Source: Nemertoderma westbladi (Eukaryota; Animalia; Xenacoelomorpha). From it: 64,000 bases of DNA. The stretch is from contig JAUCBJ010006895.1 in the NCBI GenBank assembly GCA_032718475.1, positions 91,790 through 155,789 of the forward strand. The letters are read 5' to 3'. Numbering within the stretch: the first letter of the stretch is position 1; every line of letters begins with the position of its first letter. The position numbers were made by a program, and so were the translations under genes. Below, in pieces: positions 50,015-62,469 of this stretch. The notes below the pieces were generated by a model. The model worked only from the letters and a program-made list of their open reading frames with translations, searched no databases and was not told where the DNA came from.

Positions 50015-53000
50015 ATGAGCCAAGGGGGAGAGACGACACCGCCGCGGACCCCGGACGACGATTTAACGATCCGCGAGACCGCGACGAGACTGTACCAACC
50101 CACGACGCCGGATACGCCGACCACCCGCGATCCGGCAACCCAAGAGAAGGGGGGCCGTCTACAACGAGAAGGGAGAGACGAGTCGAGAGGGGAAAGAGAC
50201 GAGTCAACACACAGTGGCGGTCGACATACCGATGTCGCCGGCCAGCCACAGGCCGAGGGCGACGGACGGCCCACCGGAACGGCAACGGTGGAGCCGCCGG
50301 TATGACGCCGGACCCGGAGAGATGGAGGAGATGTCGGCGATGAGGACGTCGGGGTCAGCAGCCGGCTCCGACGAGCCTACACCGCGACCCGGCAGCAGTT
50401 ATGAGGAGCAAAAGGAGGGGCCCAGATAGATCAGGTGAAGTTGAAGAGACTGCTAGGTGAGTCGAACAGACATTTTGCTTACCTAATGCGTCTTGGGCAG
50501 GAAGAACTAGCCGAGGAGAGAGCGAGAGGGGTTGCCAGCGAACTGTCTGATCTATGGGAGTGAAGGGGTATGCAGCCTAGTGTAGTGTACATAGGGCCAT
50601 ACTTAGTCGATACCCGGGGAGTAAAATTAGTGGGTTGGAGGAAACCGCAGGAGGGCGAATCCGAGGTTAGCCCCGAGGATTCGGTCTCGTTGGTTGGAGA
50701 AAGTTCCGGGAGGCGGGGGAAAGTTGGTAGGACGGAGGGGCGACGGGAATCCGTCGCAACCGATAAGTCTGCTACATCCTCCGCAAAAGAAAGAAGGGTG
50801 CGGGAGATAAATCTGGCGTATGATTTAGAAATTGCGGAGCTAGCCCAGAGTGTTAGAGAGTGGGAAAGGGAGGATAGAGAGAGAGCCGAGGAGTGTAGAG
50901 ATCAGGAGAGAGAGATAGAGGCAGAGCGTGAGCAGGATGATTTGCGTGCCAAGCTAGAGAGGGTCACACAAAATCAAGCCAAACTGAATCAGCGCCGACT
51001 AGAACTGGCGCGGTTGGGACGATTAGAGAGTGAGACCCCACTTACAGGCACCGGGCGAGAGAACCAGAACTGGTGTAGCCGTACGGGCGGGGGGGGGGGG
51101 GTAATAATAGTACGTTAGAAGTAGTTAATATTAATAGTACCGTAGTGGATAACCCTAATCCCTTTATTACAGGAAATATTTTACCTGGTAGTAGTAATTT
51201 AAATTTAAATACAAATAATTCAAATAATAATATTAATTCAAATATTCAGAATAATTCAAATAATTCCAATTTAAATAATTTAAATAATAATCCCGTTTCA
51301 AATTCTAATAATTTAATTGATTTAACAAATAATATTGGGAATGGTGCTATTAATATGAGCGTGTCGGACGTACATAACCCGGCAGACGGGGGCCTGGTAG
51401 GCCACGTACTTAGTAGGCAGGAGGTGGCGGGGTTGAGCCAACCCAACGGCAGCCTGGTAGGCCACGTAGTTGGTAGGCAGGAGGTAGCGGGGTTGAGCCA
51501 ACCCGAGATAGGCCTGATGGGCCACGCAGTAGTAGAGAGAGAGGCGGGGGTGAATAGACCCAGCCGTAGTAGAGACAGTGCCTCGACTAGAGAGGGGTGT
51601 AGATACGAAGTAAGAGATAGTGAAGTAAGATGTGGCAAGTGGGGGGGAGCTACGGGCGCCCCACCACGGAGGATCAGTGACGAGAGAAGGGGGGTGGAGA
51701 ATGTCCGACAAGAGGGACGCAGAAGTGTAGTAAGAGATAGTGAAGTTAGATGCGGCGGGTGGGGGGGGGGGGGCTACGGGCACCCCACCACGAGAGATTT
51801 GTAGCGAGAGGGGGGGGGGGGGGGGTGCAGAGAGTGTCCCACAGGTGTCGGCGGGTAATGCGCGGGCCAAGCTAGGTAAACCGCAACACCCGGCGATGGA
51901 GAGTAATAGGGGGATTGCGAGTATCCCCAGCGGCGTGCGATCGAGCAGAGAGAGACAGGTTGACGTCGCGAGAGGGCGGACGAAGCGTCGAGCCCGATCA
52001 GAAGAGGAAAGAAGAACAGTGGAGTTTAACCGGGAGGTCGACGAGAGATCTCACGAGAGGGAATACTGCACTGAAAAGAGAAGAAGAGAAGATAGTAGAA
52101 AAAATGTTGCCGCTAACGATAAGGGTGCGAGGACGGATAGCGGACCGTCGATAGTAGAGATGGAGTTAGGGGGTCAGTGGGGTCGAACTTCGGGAGATTG
52201 CTGTCGCCCTGGAGAAACGCACCGCACACCAAGAGAGGGGTACAGGACGTACCGATGCAAAGTCGAGAACAGGAGAGGGGATCGAAGAGAAGCTTCCCGA
52301 CGGGATATAGCTGCCGATCGAGAGTGCGGTAGTCGAGGGGAGATTCGAGATTCGCAAAGATTAAACTTCGGTTCGAAAGGGCACATGCAGACTGCAGGAC
52401 ATACTGTAGGCCTTACTGCACATACTATTATAGGCCATGCTGGGAGAGATAGAGTAGGCAATAGGGTAGCGCGAACGACGGGATTAAACCCAGAAGCCGC
52501 GGAGTACATACCGGTAGGTAGGCAGGAAGTGGGTAGGCCTATATCGGTACAGCAGCATGACTATAATATACAGGGACATAACATACATCCAGGGGAGGGG
52601 AGATTTATTGGAGATAGATGTATGGGCCCCAATATATTAGCATCAACCCCAGCAACCAAACATACCAGCAGGGGGGGGACAGGGTGACATTCCCCCATCA
52701 CAATATCGACAATATACCCCAATAGGAGCAAGAACATCGAACTCCCTGGACGAGAACAGGTCGTGCGGACAGTCGCTACCACACGCGACCATACAGGGGG
52801 CTATAAGCCCACGGTTGGCTGGTAGCAGGGCCACACCGTGGCAGGGACAGAAAGAAATTAACACCATAAATAAACACAATCCCAATATACCCAGTAGGCC
52901 GAGTACAGACAACCCAAACACAAAATTGGTGCATATAAACCTACGCGCAATACGTGAAGGACTATACAGGAAACGCTATAATCCAGGATTCGAATGTCAA

Positions 53001-53641
53001 TTACATCAGGACGGAACCCATAAGACCAGGAGTTGTAAGCACTGGCAAGCGTTGCCCAAACAGGATCGTATAGCCTACACAGACGCAAACAGACTATGTC
53101 ATCGATGTGTGGTAGAAAGACACAGACCCGGAGAGTGTAAAGAAACAGCAACTACAAGCACGACAGTGGCAAGAAAGAAGAGAAAAGTACTACCCAAGGA
53201 AGTAACAGTTAGAGAGTGGGCGGGGGAGAATGGATATCCCAGCAAGAATCGGTATGAGATAGAGAGGAGCGGATGGCAAGATGTCCGGAGGACAAACCGG
53301 AGGAGCGTCCGGTGCAATATCAGGAGTGTCCGGAGGAGACGCCGGTGCGGTTGAGAGGCATACCGACAAGGGGGAGGCCGAGTAAGAAGAAAAGATGGAA
53401 AGGGAGAGGATGTGAAAGGACTAGACCAGGGGCAGAGAAGCCCAAGAGCAAACATAAAGGAGCCGGGAAAGTAGAAGGAGGCGTGTTGCATACGCACGCA
53501 GGACTGACACAGTGCGAGGGGGCATTACATGGGCAGACGTCGTGTATACTGAAGGACGAACGGGGGTCGTCGAGGCCTTTAATGCCAGCGCACATACAAA
53601 GGGGGAGACCAGCAGAGGTAGTATCTAAGAAAGTGTGGTGA
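50015..53641 (+). pseudogene. Fragmented gag-like reading frame of element 3
   Basis: Successive plus-strand ORFs, several broken at poly-G runs. Coiled-coil region, Asn-rich tract, 60-bp repeats and Zn knuckles. No pol. Confidence 0.65.
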
Positions 53642-55329
53642 AGAGTAAGAGGACGTATAGGAGGGCAGTGGGAGAGTGCCTACTGGAAGAAGGGGCACCT
53701 TAGAGTTTTAGTTGTCCAATATTTTGGACTGAGGGGGGTGGGAATGAGGGCGAGACGCCCTTCCCACGCAAAATAATTATTTAATTAAAAATAATAAAAT
53801 AATTAAATAATAAAGTAGGTAGAAGTTAGGTAGTAAGAGAGTAGTACCGTTAGTTAGTGTTAGAGAAGTTAGTTAGAGGGTACGTAGTACCGTTAGTTAG
53901 TGGAGTTAGTCAGAAGTAGTAAGAGGGTACGTAGTACCGTTAGCTAGTAGAGAGAGTTAGAGTAGTAAGAGGGTACGTAGTACCGCTAGTTAGTGGAGTG
54001 TTAGAGGTATAGTTAGTAAGAGGGTACGTAGTACCGTTAGTTAGAAAGTTAGTAGAGCAGTAGAGGGTTGTGGGCACCATAAGCGCCTCGTAGAAAGTAA
54101 TAGCAGTAGAGGGTTGTGGGCACCATAAGCGCCACGTAGAAAGTAGTAGCAGTAGAGGTTGTGGGCACCGTAAGCGCCACGTAGGAAGTAGTAAGCAGAG
54201 TGGTTGTGGGCACCGCAAACACCACGTAGTTTGAGTTAATAGGGGATGCGTTGAACTAAGTGGGGCACTGGCGTGATGACGTGTTTGATGTCAGAGCAGG
54301 GTATGTTAATTAGGGTGGGTGCCGGGTACGAGAGGTGCCGGGCACAAAAGGGGTTAGTAGTAGAGTTAGTTGAGTTAGTAGAGAGTTAGTAAGAGTTAGT
54401 AGTAGAGTTAGTTGAGTTAGTAGAGAGTTAGTAGAGTTAGTAAGAGTTAGTAGTAGTTCACATGATTAACATACCCACTCTGCCAGCATTCAGAGCATCA
54501 CGTGCAGGTGAGTAGACGTAAAGGGAGTAAGATGTAGATAGAGTAGAGTAGTAGAGAGGGCACATAGGGTGCCAGGTAGTAGAGTTAGAGTGTTAGAGGT
54601 AGTAGAGAGGGCACATAGGCTGCCAGAGAGTAGAATAGCAGAGACGGGCACATGGGGTGCCAGATAGTAGAGATAGAGAGTTAGAGGTAGTAGAGTAGTA
54701 GAGAGGGCACATAGGGTGCCAGATATTAGAGTGGTTGTGGGCACCGCAAGCGCCACGTAGAAGGAAGTAGTAGTAAAGGGGTTGTGGGCACCCTAAGCGC
54801 CACGTAGTTAGAAGAGTCGGTAAGAGTTAGAGAGAGTTAGTAGAAGTAGAGAATTAGTAGGAGTTAGTTAGACTTAGTAGAGCTAGTTAGAGTAAGAGAG
54901 TTAGATAGTTAGCAAGTAAGTAGTAGGTAGATAGTATGATAGCACAGGGGTAGCATTAGAGATTAGGGCCTTAGGGAGTGGCAGAGAGTAGAGAGTAGAG
55001 AGGAGATAGTGAGAAGAGCTGATGGCGAGAGAGAAGTTAGAGTGCGATTCAGGTGTGGGGAGAGTGTAAGAGTGGGGAGTTGAGTTAGAGAACGGAGCTA
55101 GAGTGGTGAGAGTGTCGGGGAAACAAAAATTGTGTGAGAGAAGCGCACGATCGGCCCGACACGAGACGCCAGAGGGTAGTGACATCATACCCATAGGGAG
55201 CAGCCTGGAAAGCCGACTCCAAGAAAATAACTCCACCCCACACCCGATAATAGATCGAGTTCCAGCGGAATTGAAGCGCACTTAGAGGTTGATGCTATCT
55301 TCTCACCGGGAAGATAGCATGGGGGGGAG

Positions 55330-55892
55330 TGTTAGCGAATCAATTCCGCCTCACCAAACCCCATAAAGTGAGCCGTTAAGCAATATTGGGAACACGAGGT
55401 TGATTACCAATATCAACCCTGTGTCACCCCAACAAAGTGGGAAGGAGAAACATACGCACAATAGGGGTCAGGGGTTACACCCCTGAAAGAGAGAGAACAC
55501 CAAGGGCGAAGGGAAGCACTTCAGGGGAGGTAAAAGGGCGACAACAGGGTTATTAGCCAATGGGGGGAAGGCACCGGCTGAGTAATGTAACAACGGCCAA
55601 CCGTGCAATATATATTACCGGTCGTTGTGTATTCCATTCAGTTATCTCAGTGCAGTCACAGCAGTACGGTGACAATTAAGACCGTCGCCGCCGTCACCCA
55701 TATTACCGGTCTATTAACGTGTATTGCCGCTATCTGCTATTGTACCTACATCTGTACATTGTACCACATATATATCTTATATCATTAACAACGACACTAG
55801 AACAACACAAACTCTTTTCCAACCACACGGTGCGGCCTGACGCGTACATAAACGACACCGGATAAACCGGGATCCTATCGGATCCCGTCACA
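55330..55892 (+). repeat. 3' LTR of element 3
   Basis: Direct repeat of 49430-49981, followed by TSD GCGAA. Confidence 0.95.
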
Positions 55893-57324
55893 GCGAATAT
55901 GTTGATAGATGAGATTAGTCTATAAGATGAAGGCTTGCGCGGATCTTTGCCTTTACCCTTATATAGGCTACTGAGGGCACTATGTCCGAAGTAAGAGGGA
56001 ACAGTTTTTAGCTCAATGCAGAGGTTATATATATTAGCTAAAAGGTTGCACAACGGTTCAGGGTTTAGGTTCAGTAGGTTCTCGACTATGAGTGAAGAGG
56101 AGTCACAAGCTTTACCTCTTGACAGAGATAGGATAGAGCTCTTTACAGTCAGTGGTGAAATATTTGGAAGAGGCGAGTTCCTACATGCATTGGTGAGTTC
56201 TTCCTGAAGTAGAGTATCATCCCTCTTGGTGGCAGATGAGACCGAGCCTTGAAATTTAGATTGAAATTGGCTGTAAAGTTTCTCCTGCAATTCAGGGGTT
56301 GAGTTGTGTTGGATCTTAGTGGTGATGTTGGACCAGAATCTACGGGGGTTTGAGTCTATCTGACCTGACCATTTATTTACAGAGTCCACCGAGCCGATGT
56401 GTAGATCTCTTAGACAATAAGACAACATCGATAAGTTTACAACTATACGGGCATTGCATGAGTCAATACTTATGCATTGACTCAATACTTATTATTGCAT
56501 GAATCAATTACCCGAGTGGGGTGTGGATTTGTTCTGGATTAATGTGAGCCTGGAAGGGTGTATAGAGCTTGCTATCATTGCTTGCTTGTTAGGGCGCTGA
56601 GTGTCAGGTCTGTTGCAGGTATATGGTTTATTTGTCGCACTGAAGTTACATTCATTATGGCGCTGCAGATATAGTGCTTGGTCATGTAGTCTGCTACCTG
56701 GCTTGTACGTGACATTATTGCTTCAATTAGTATGGTTTGTTGGGTTATGTGTCAATTCCCGACTAGTTATGCCTCCATTCCCGACTAGTTATGCCAGGGG
56801 GCCAGAAACCAGGTTTGATTACCTTATCCTTATCCGGTAAGTTTACAACTATATGGGCATTGCATGAGTCAGTGCTCCTGTTTATTCGCATTGTGATCCG
56901 ATAAACCTTAATATTCCTCAGTGCCAGGTAGTTAGTTATGTCACTTTCACCATTCTTTCTATCAATCCCGTTGATGAAGATAGAAGCATGCTGGAAACAT
57001 TGCGCCCCTTTAAGGGATGTAAGTATCTTCTCAGATGAGGCAGTGGACACTGGACATAGGTGAGTATTTTGTTACAGTTACACTATAAAGTTTAGTAGAC
57101 GACTGATAACTTAGTTTATATGGTTTAGAAAGAGGCGGGAGACGACTAGGCGCCCATTGTTGTTTAGCAGTAACTTGTGAAGTGATTGTGGATGCCTGTT
57201 TGCTATAGCCTGCGACCTCCTGTAACTTCTGGTCGATGTTCATTGTGGAGTGCTTCGAACTGTTGATGGCAGAGCAGGAGTGGTTGCTACTATGATTGTA
57301 GCCGGCTATCTCTAAAGATTCTAC

Positions 57325-57718
57325 TACCTACTACATTACGTACCGGTAGCTATTAATAACCAGTAGCTATTAACTATTAATATGGCTCCAAACGCCACCA
57401 TAAATATAAGCTAACTTATTTATAACATAATTTATGTCATTTTTACATTTATTTATGCAGCAACTAATTTAATTTGTTCAGTTTCTATCACTTATAATAT
57501 CATTACATATACAATAATTTCGTAATGTTAAAATTTTGGAATAAAACTACATACATACTTGTTGCAAAGTACTTTACAGTGTTCTGATACTCGTTGCTTT
57601 ATTTTCACTCACTCACTAACGTTCGTTCGTGTAACAAAGCCACCTGGATCATCACACTGTAAAATGCTAATTTACACACCAGTATGTATATAGTTGTTAC
57701 TGTACAGTTGAACATTTG
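57325..57718. repeat. MITE-like dispersed repeat, inverted copy of 61795-62200
   Basis: Reverse-complement match, e.g. ATGGCTCCAAACGCCACCATAAATATAAGCTAACTTAT. Confidence 0.75.
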
Positions 57719-58175
57719 GTAACATTACCTACTCCTTCTCCAAGGTTACCGAGTACTCCTATAAATAATGGGGTAGATTCCGATTGGAACAGGTCGTGTT
57801 ACAGTCAGTTGGACACAGAAGGTCGTTTACTTCTCTTCCTGGTAATAAACAAAGGTTAGCGGTAATTTAGGCATTTAAGAACTATTTAATATTTTTATAT
57901 TTTTAATATTAATATATATTTAAATTAGGCCATATATGGAGAGCAGGCATAGGGGAAGATAAGGGAGCTACTGTGCTACTAATACAACTAGAATTTAGAA
58001 TTTTAATACCACAGTCCGAACTCGGACAGTGGAAATGAGATCCTTCCAGGCTTCCCGATTCTCCATAGTTGTCGCAATTTCGTTTCTCTCAAGTTCAGAT
58101 TTGGTATGACCTCGTCTTTACTTGCCCATTACTGAATTTTAATTTGCGTTCACGGATAGTGGTTGATACAGGTGG

Positions 58176-59083
58176 TACTACTACTACTACAACTAGGATC
58201 GGCATGCTGCATTGCAGCTGCATTTTTAAGAATGCTGTGCCGGCTTGTCGACAAAATTGCGCCGCCACAACTCCCTATTACCCATGACATTTGCTAGATC
58301 ATCCGCATCTTCAAGACCAGTGTCCTTTAAGATGCGTCTCAAGAAAGTCATGGGCTGTCCACCATGCTTATTCACTCCATGAGGCTGCCAAAGTACAAGA
58401 TTATGCACTGGCTGGTCCTCACGGCGAAAGCAATGTCCTGCAAAGCGGAGACGATTTTGTTCTAGTGTCAAGCTTGGGGGAACCAATGAGACACCTCCAA
58501 TGTAATATAGTGTATGTTGGGAGCTGTGTGCATTGTACTTGACACAATGAACCCGGCGTAATATTCTTGTGAATGTGCCATCCAGAGATTTGGTGTCCTC
58601 AGCAGTTAGAGCCCAGCATGGACTCCCATAGAGGAGTACTGGAACTACTGCTGCTCTAAATAATCGGACCTTAAGTTTCCGATTAATTCTCGGTGACTTC
58701 CAAATCCTGGAAAGCCTATTCAAGGCTGCCCATGCCTTTCCCTTACGTATTCGAAGGTCCTCACCTGACTTCCGGATCCATGATCCCAGGTAACAGAAGT
58801 CGGCCACATGCTCAAGCATACCATCCTTTGAGCTTATGCTCATCCGATCAGAGACTTGCTGAAAACTTTCAAAGTTAACTGTCAAAATGTTGGTCTTTCT
58901 GGAGTTAATAAGAAGACCAACACTAGAAGCAGCATGTTCTAATGAGCTGAGGAGCCGTTGGGCTCCCTCTAGTGATTCTGAGAGTACTCCTAAGTTATCA
59001 GCAAAGTCTAGATCAGTTAGGTACTTGGCAGGATTTCTTCATCTTCTGGAGCCAGTAGGTGGAGTTATCATCACCCCATCATC
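58176..59083 (-). mobile_element. 5'-truncated RTE-clade LINE (RT C-terminus plus (TAG)n tail)
   Basis: DLDFADNL, FCYLGS, RLFRAAVVPVLLYGS, RLRFAGHC. Confidence 0.92.
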
Positions 59084-60013
59084 CTGCTTAAGGGCGTCGA
59101 GGACAAAGTGGCGTAGTATTGGGGCAGAGCATGGTGCTGGAATCCCCTTAGGTTTACGTATCTGAAACTGTATGGTGTAATGCCAAGTAACAACAGGGAA
59201 GGAGTGGAAATACTAACTCAAACTATTGTATATAAACTCTTCATGATTATTTGTTAGATTTAATTCTTGTTTTTGAAGTTTGTAATTATATCTGAATAAT
59301 TAAGTACGGGTAGGCAGGTTAAACAGTAACAATTAATTACCGCACAACTGAAAATTAAAAAGATCATGTTTCAACCGGGCTAACTATCTCAAACTAGTAA
59401 AATGGAAATTAACTACATTATTACTATACCATCTCGTAGATTATTTATATTAATGGAGATAATTGCAATAAGTGTACCATAATAGTATCCATATTAATAT
59501 AGTAATAGTAATAATATCCTATAGTGAGTCATTAACATAGAGTTATAGTTATTTTTATAGTTATAGAGCGAGTTATACATTTTGGCTGCTGATATTAGGC
59601 TGCTGACCATAATAGTATTAATTACCATTAATACGTATTTACTGCATCTCATTTTAAATTTATACGCATATATTTAATCTCATTTTTACGACATCAGAGA
59701 CCGACCCTTTTATTAATACGTATATATATATTTCATCTTATTTTAATACAAATATTTCTATCTAATTTCATATAACATCCAGTCTTCTGACCCTTTTAAC
59801 TTCTTCGTTTAATCTCATAATTAGCACGGCCTTTTTGAGACCAATTACATACAGTAATAATTTTAACTCGATGTATTTTAATGTACCTTAAATAATTATT
59901 AACTCATATTTTAAACTAAGTAATGTATGAATGTGTATTAACTCATATTTTAAACTATGTAATGTATCTCTTATGGGGGAAACCCCATCACCATATAATA
60001 CTATAGTTAAATT

Positions 60014-61420
60014 CGTTGAAAAGTTGAAAACAAATAAGTTGGTGCCAGTTCCCAAGAAGGGCAACCTAACACTCTATGGTTCTTTTCGGGGAATCTCATT
60101 GATCTCGATTGCTGCAAAGCTATACAATAGGATTCTATTAAATCGCATCAGGGATCCCATTGAGAGACTGCTCCGTGGAAATCAGAATGGGTTCCGTAAA
60201 GGTCGTGGGACCATGGAGCCCATTTTGGCACTTAGAAGGATAATTGAAGAATTATCAAAAAAGAAAGACAGGCATCTGGCTGTTATCTTTGTTGACTTCT
60301 TCAAGGCCTTTGATTCAGTCTCTCGCTCACGTATGTTCAGCATACTTTCATTATATGGGATTCCTGATGAAATTATTGCAGCAATCTGATCAGTATACGA
60401 TGGTTCGACAACATTTGTGTCTAATGTTGACGGTGACACCAGAACCATTTGAAGTGTTATGGGGCGTCCTCCAAGGAGACACACTTGCACCATTCTTGTT
60501 CATTATTGTGGTTGACTATGTTCTACGCATGTCCTTAGATCATCATAATGATGATGGGGTGATGATAACTCCACCTACTGGCTCCAGAAGTCGAGGAAAT
60601 CCTGCCAAGTACCTAACTGATCTAGACTTTGCTGATGACTTAGGAGTACTCTCAGAATCATTAGAGGGAGCCCAACGGCTCCTCAGCTCATTAGAACATG
60701 CTGCTTCTAGTGTTGGTCTTTTTATTAACTCCAGAAAGAAAACTTCAGCAAGTTTCTGATCGGATGAGCATAAGCTCAAAGGATGGTATGCTTGAGCATG
60801 TGGACGACTTCTGTTACCTGGGATCATGGATCCGGAAGTCAGGTGAGGACCTTCGAATACGTAAGGGAAAGGCATGGGCAGCCTTGAATAGGCTTTCCAG
60901 GATTTGGAAGTCACCGAGAATTAATCGGAAACTTAAGGTCCGATTATTTAGAGCAGCAGTAGTTCCAGTACTCCTCTACGGGAGTCCATGCTGGGCTCTA
61001 ACTGCTGAGGACAACCAAATCTCTGGATGGCACATTCACAAGAATGCTACGCCGGGTTCATTGTGTCAAGTGCAATGCACACATCTCCAACCAGACACTA
61101 TATAACATTGGAGGTGTCTCATTGGTTCCCCCAAGCTTGACACTAGAACAAAATCGCCTCCGCTTTGCAGGACATTGCTTTCGCCGTGAGGACCAGCCAG
61201 TGCATAATCTTGTACTTTGGCAGCCTCATGGAGTGAATAAGCATGGTGGACAGCCCATGACTTTCTTGAGACGCATCTTAAATGGACCACTGGCCTTAAA
61301 GATGCGGATGATCTAGCAAATGTCATGGGTGATAGGGAGTTGTGGCGGCGCAATTTTGTTGACAAGCCGGCACAGCATTCTTAAAAATGCAGCTGCAATG
61401 CAGCATGCCGATCCTAGTAG
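60014..61420 (+). mobile_element. 5'-truncated RTE-clade LINE, frameshifted RT
   Basis: PVPKKGNL, QNGFRKGRGT, FVDFFKAFDSV, GVLQGDTLAPFLF, DFADD. 12-bp TSD TATAGTTAAATT (60002-60013 and 61421-61432). Confidence 0.93.
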
Positions 61421-61477
61421 TATAGTTAAATTGTCTATGCAGTCTTTGTTAGTTCTAAGTTATGGTGTAAATTTATA

Positions 61478-61489
61478 TTAATAATAATA

Positions 61490-61554
<65 letters not shown>
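61478..61554. repeat. (AAT)n microsatellite
   Basis: Directly visible. Confidence 0.95.
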
Positions 61555-61794
61555 GTATCCATATTAATATAGTAATAGTAATAATATCCAATATAGTGTG
61601 TCATTAACGTAGAGTTATAGTTATTTTTATAGTTATAGAGCGAGTTATACATTTTGGCTGCTGATATTAGGAATGTATTGTAACCATATTTGTTTCGAAT
61701 CATAAGTATTTTTATTGTCTTGGTTCTAATATTTATTTGCTATGTGGTGTTTTTTAGTTGGTCAATAAAAGGAAGCCGTGTGTAATGCAGGAAT

Positions 61795-62447
61795 CAGATC
61801 TAACATGTACCTGTAATAACTATTTACATACTTGTGTCTAAAGTAGCACTTTACAGTGTGATGATCAGAGTGGCTTTGCTACACGAACGAACGTTAGTGA
61901 GTGATTGAAAATAAAGCCACGAGGATCAGAACACTGTAAAGTACTTTGCAACAAGTATGTATGTAGTTTTATTCCAAAATTTTAACATTACGAAATGATT
62001 GCACATATACATTATAAGTGATATAAACTGCACAAATTATATTATTTCCTGTAAAAATAAATATAAAAATGACATAAATTATGTTATATATAAGTTAGCT
62101 TATATTTATGGTGGCGTTTGGAGCCATGTTATAATAATATAGCTAGGCCCTAGTGGTTATTAATAGCTCTACCCCGCCTACCGGTAGGTAATGCAGTAGG
62201 ACTATTTGGCTGTCACGAAAATTTCCACCTATTGTTTACGTGGTATCCAATGACGGCGTTAAGTAATGTCCCCTTAGTGGACATTACTTAACGCCGTCAT
62301 GGGTTACCACCTAAACAATAACACCAAATAAAATACTAAATGTACAGGCCAATACAATGCTGTAATGTCCTAGAAAGTTGGAAAGTGCTAAATAACAATT
62401 CGCTGTTAATACTAACGGCGTTGAGTAATGTTACAATTTTGGAATAA
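61795..62447. repeat. MITE-like element with long internal palindrome. Right part is related, inverted, to 31600-32030 and 35190-35430
   Basis: Shared blocks such as AATGTTACAATTTTGGAA and ACAGGCCAATACAATGCTGTAATGTC. Confidence 0.6.
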
Positions 62448-62469
62448 AGATATTCTGTTGAGTGGAACA

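Larger units (their letters stand above)
49430..55892 (+). mobile_element. Non-autonomous BEL/Pao-type LTR element (element 3), 6.5 kb, unrelated LTR family
   Basis: LTRs 49430-49981 and 55330-55892 (about 7 substitutions plus an 11-bp indel), TSD GCGAA, PPT GGGGGGGAG at 55321-55329, BEL-type knuckles CQLH...HKTRSC...RLCHRC...H...C. Confidence 0.9.
48108..57270 (-). mobile_element. Degenerate LINE (ORF1 remnant 56763-57243, ORF2/RT at 55898-56430 and 48108-49429) interrupted by element 3
   Basis: ORF1-type FWPPGITSREW. ORF2 LYKGKGKDPRKPSSYRLISS continues across the TSD into the RT with YADD. Endonuclease region appears deleted. Confidence 0.8.

Noticed and set aside
51089-52690. Programmed frameshifts at poly-G runs in element 3
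   Set aside because: Homopolymer length errors or neutral slippage explain them, and real stops also occur
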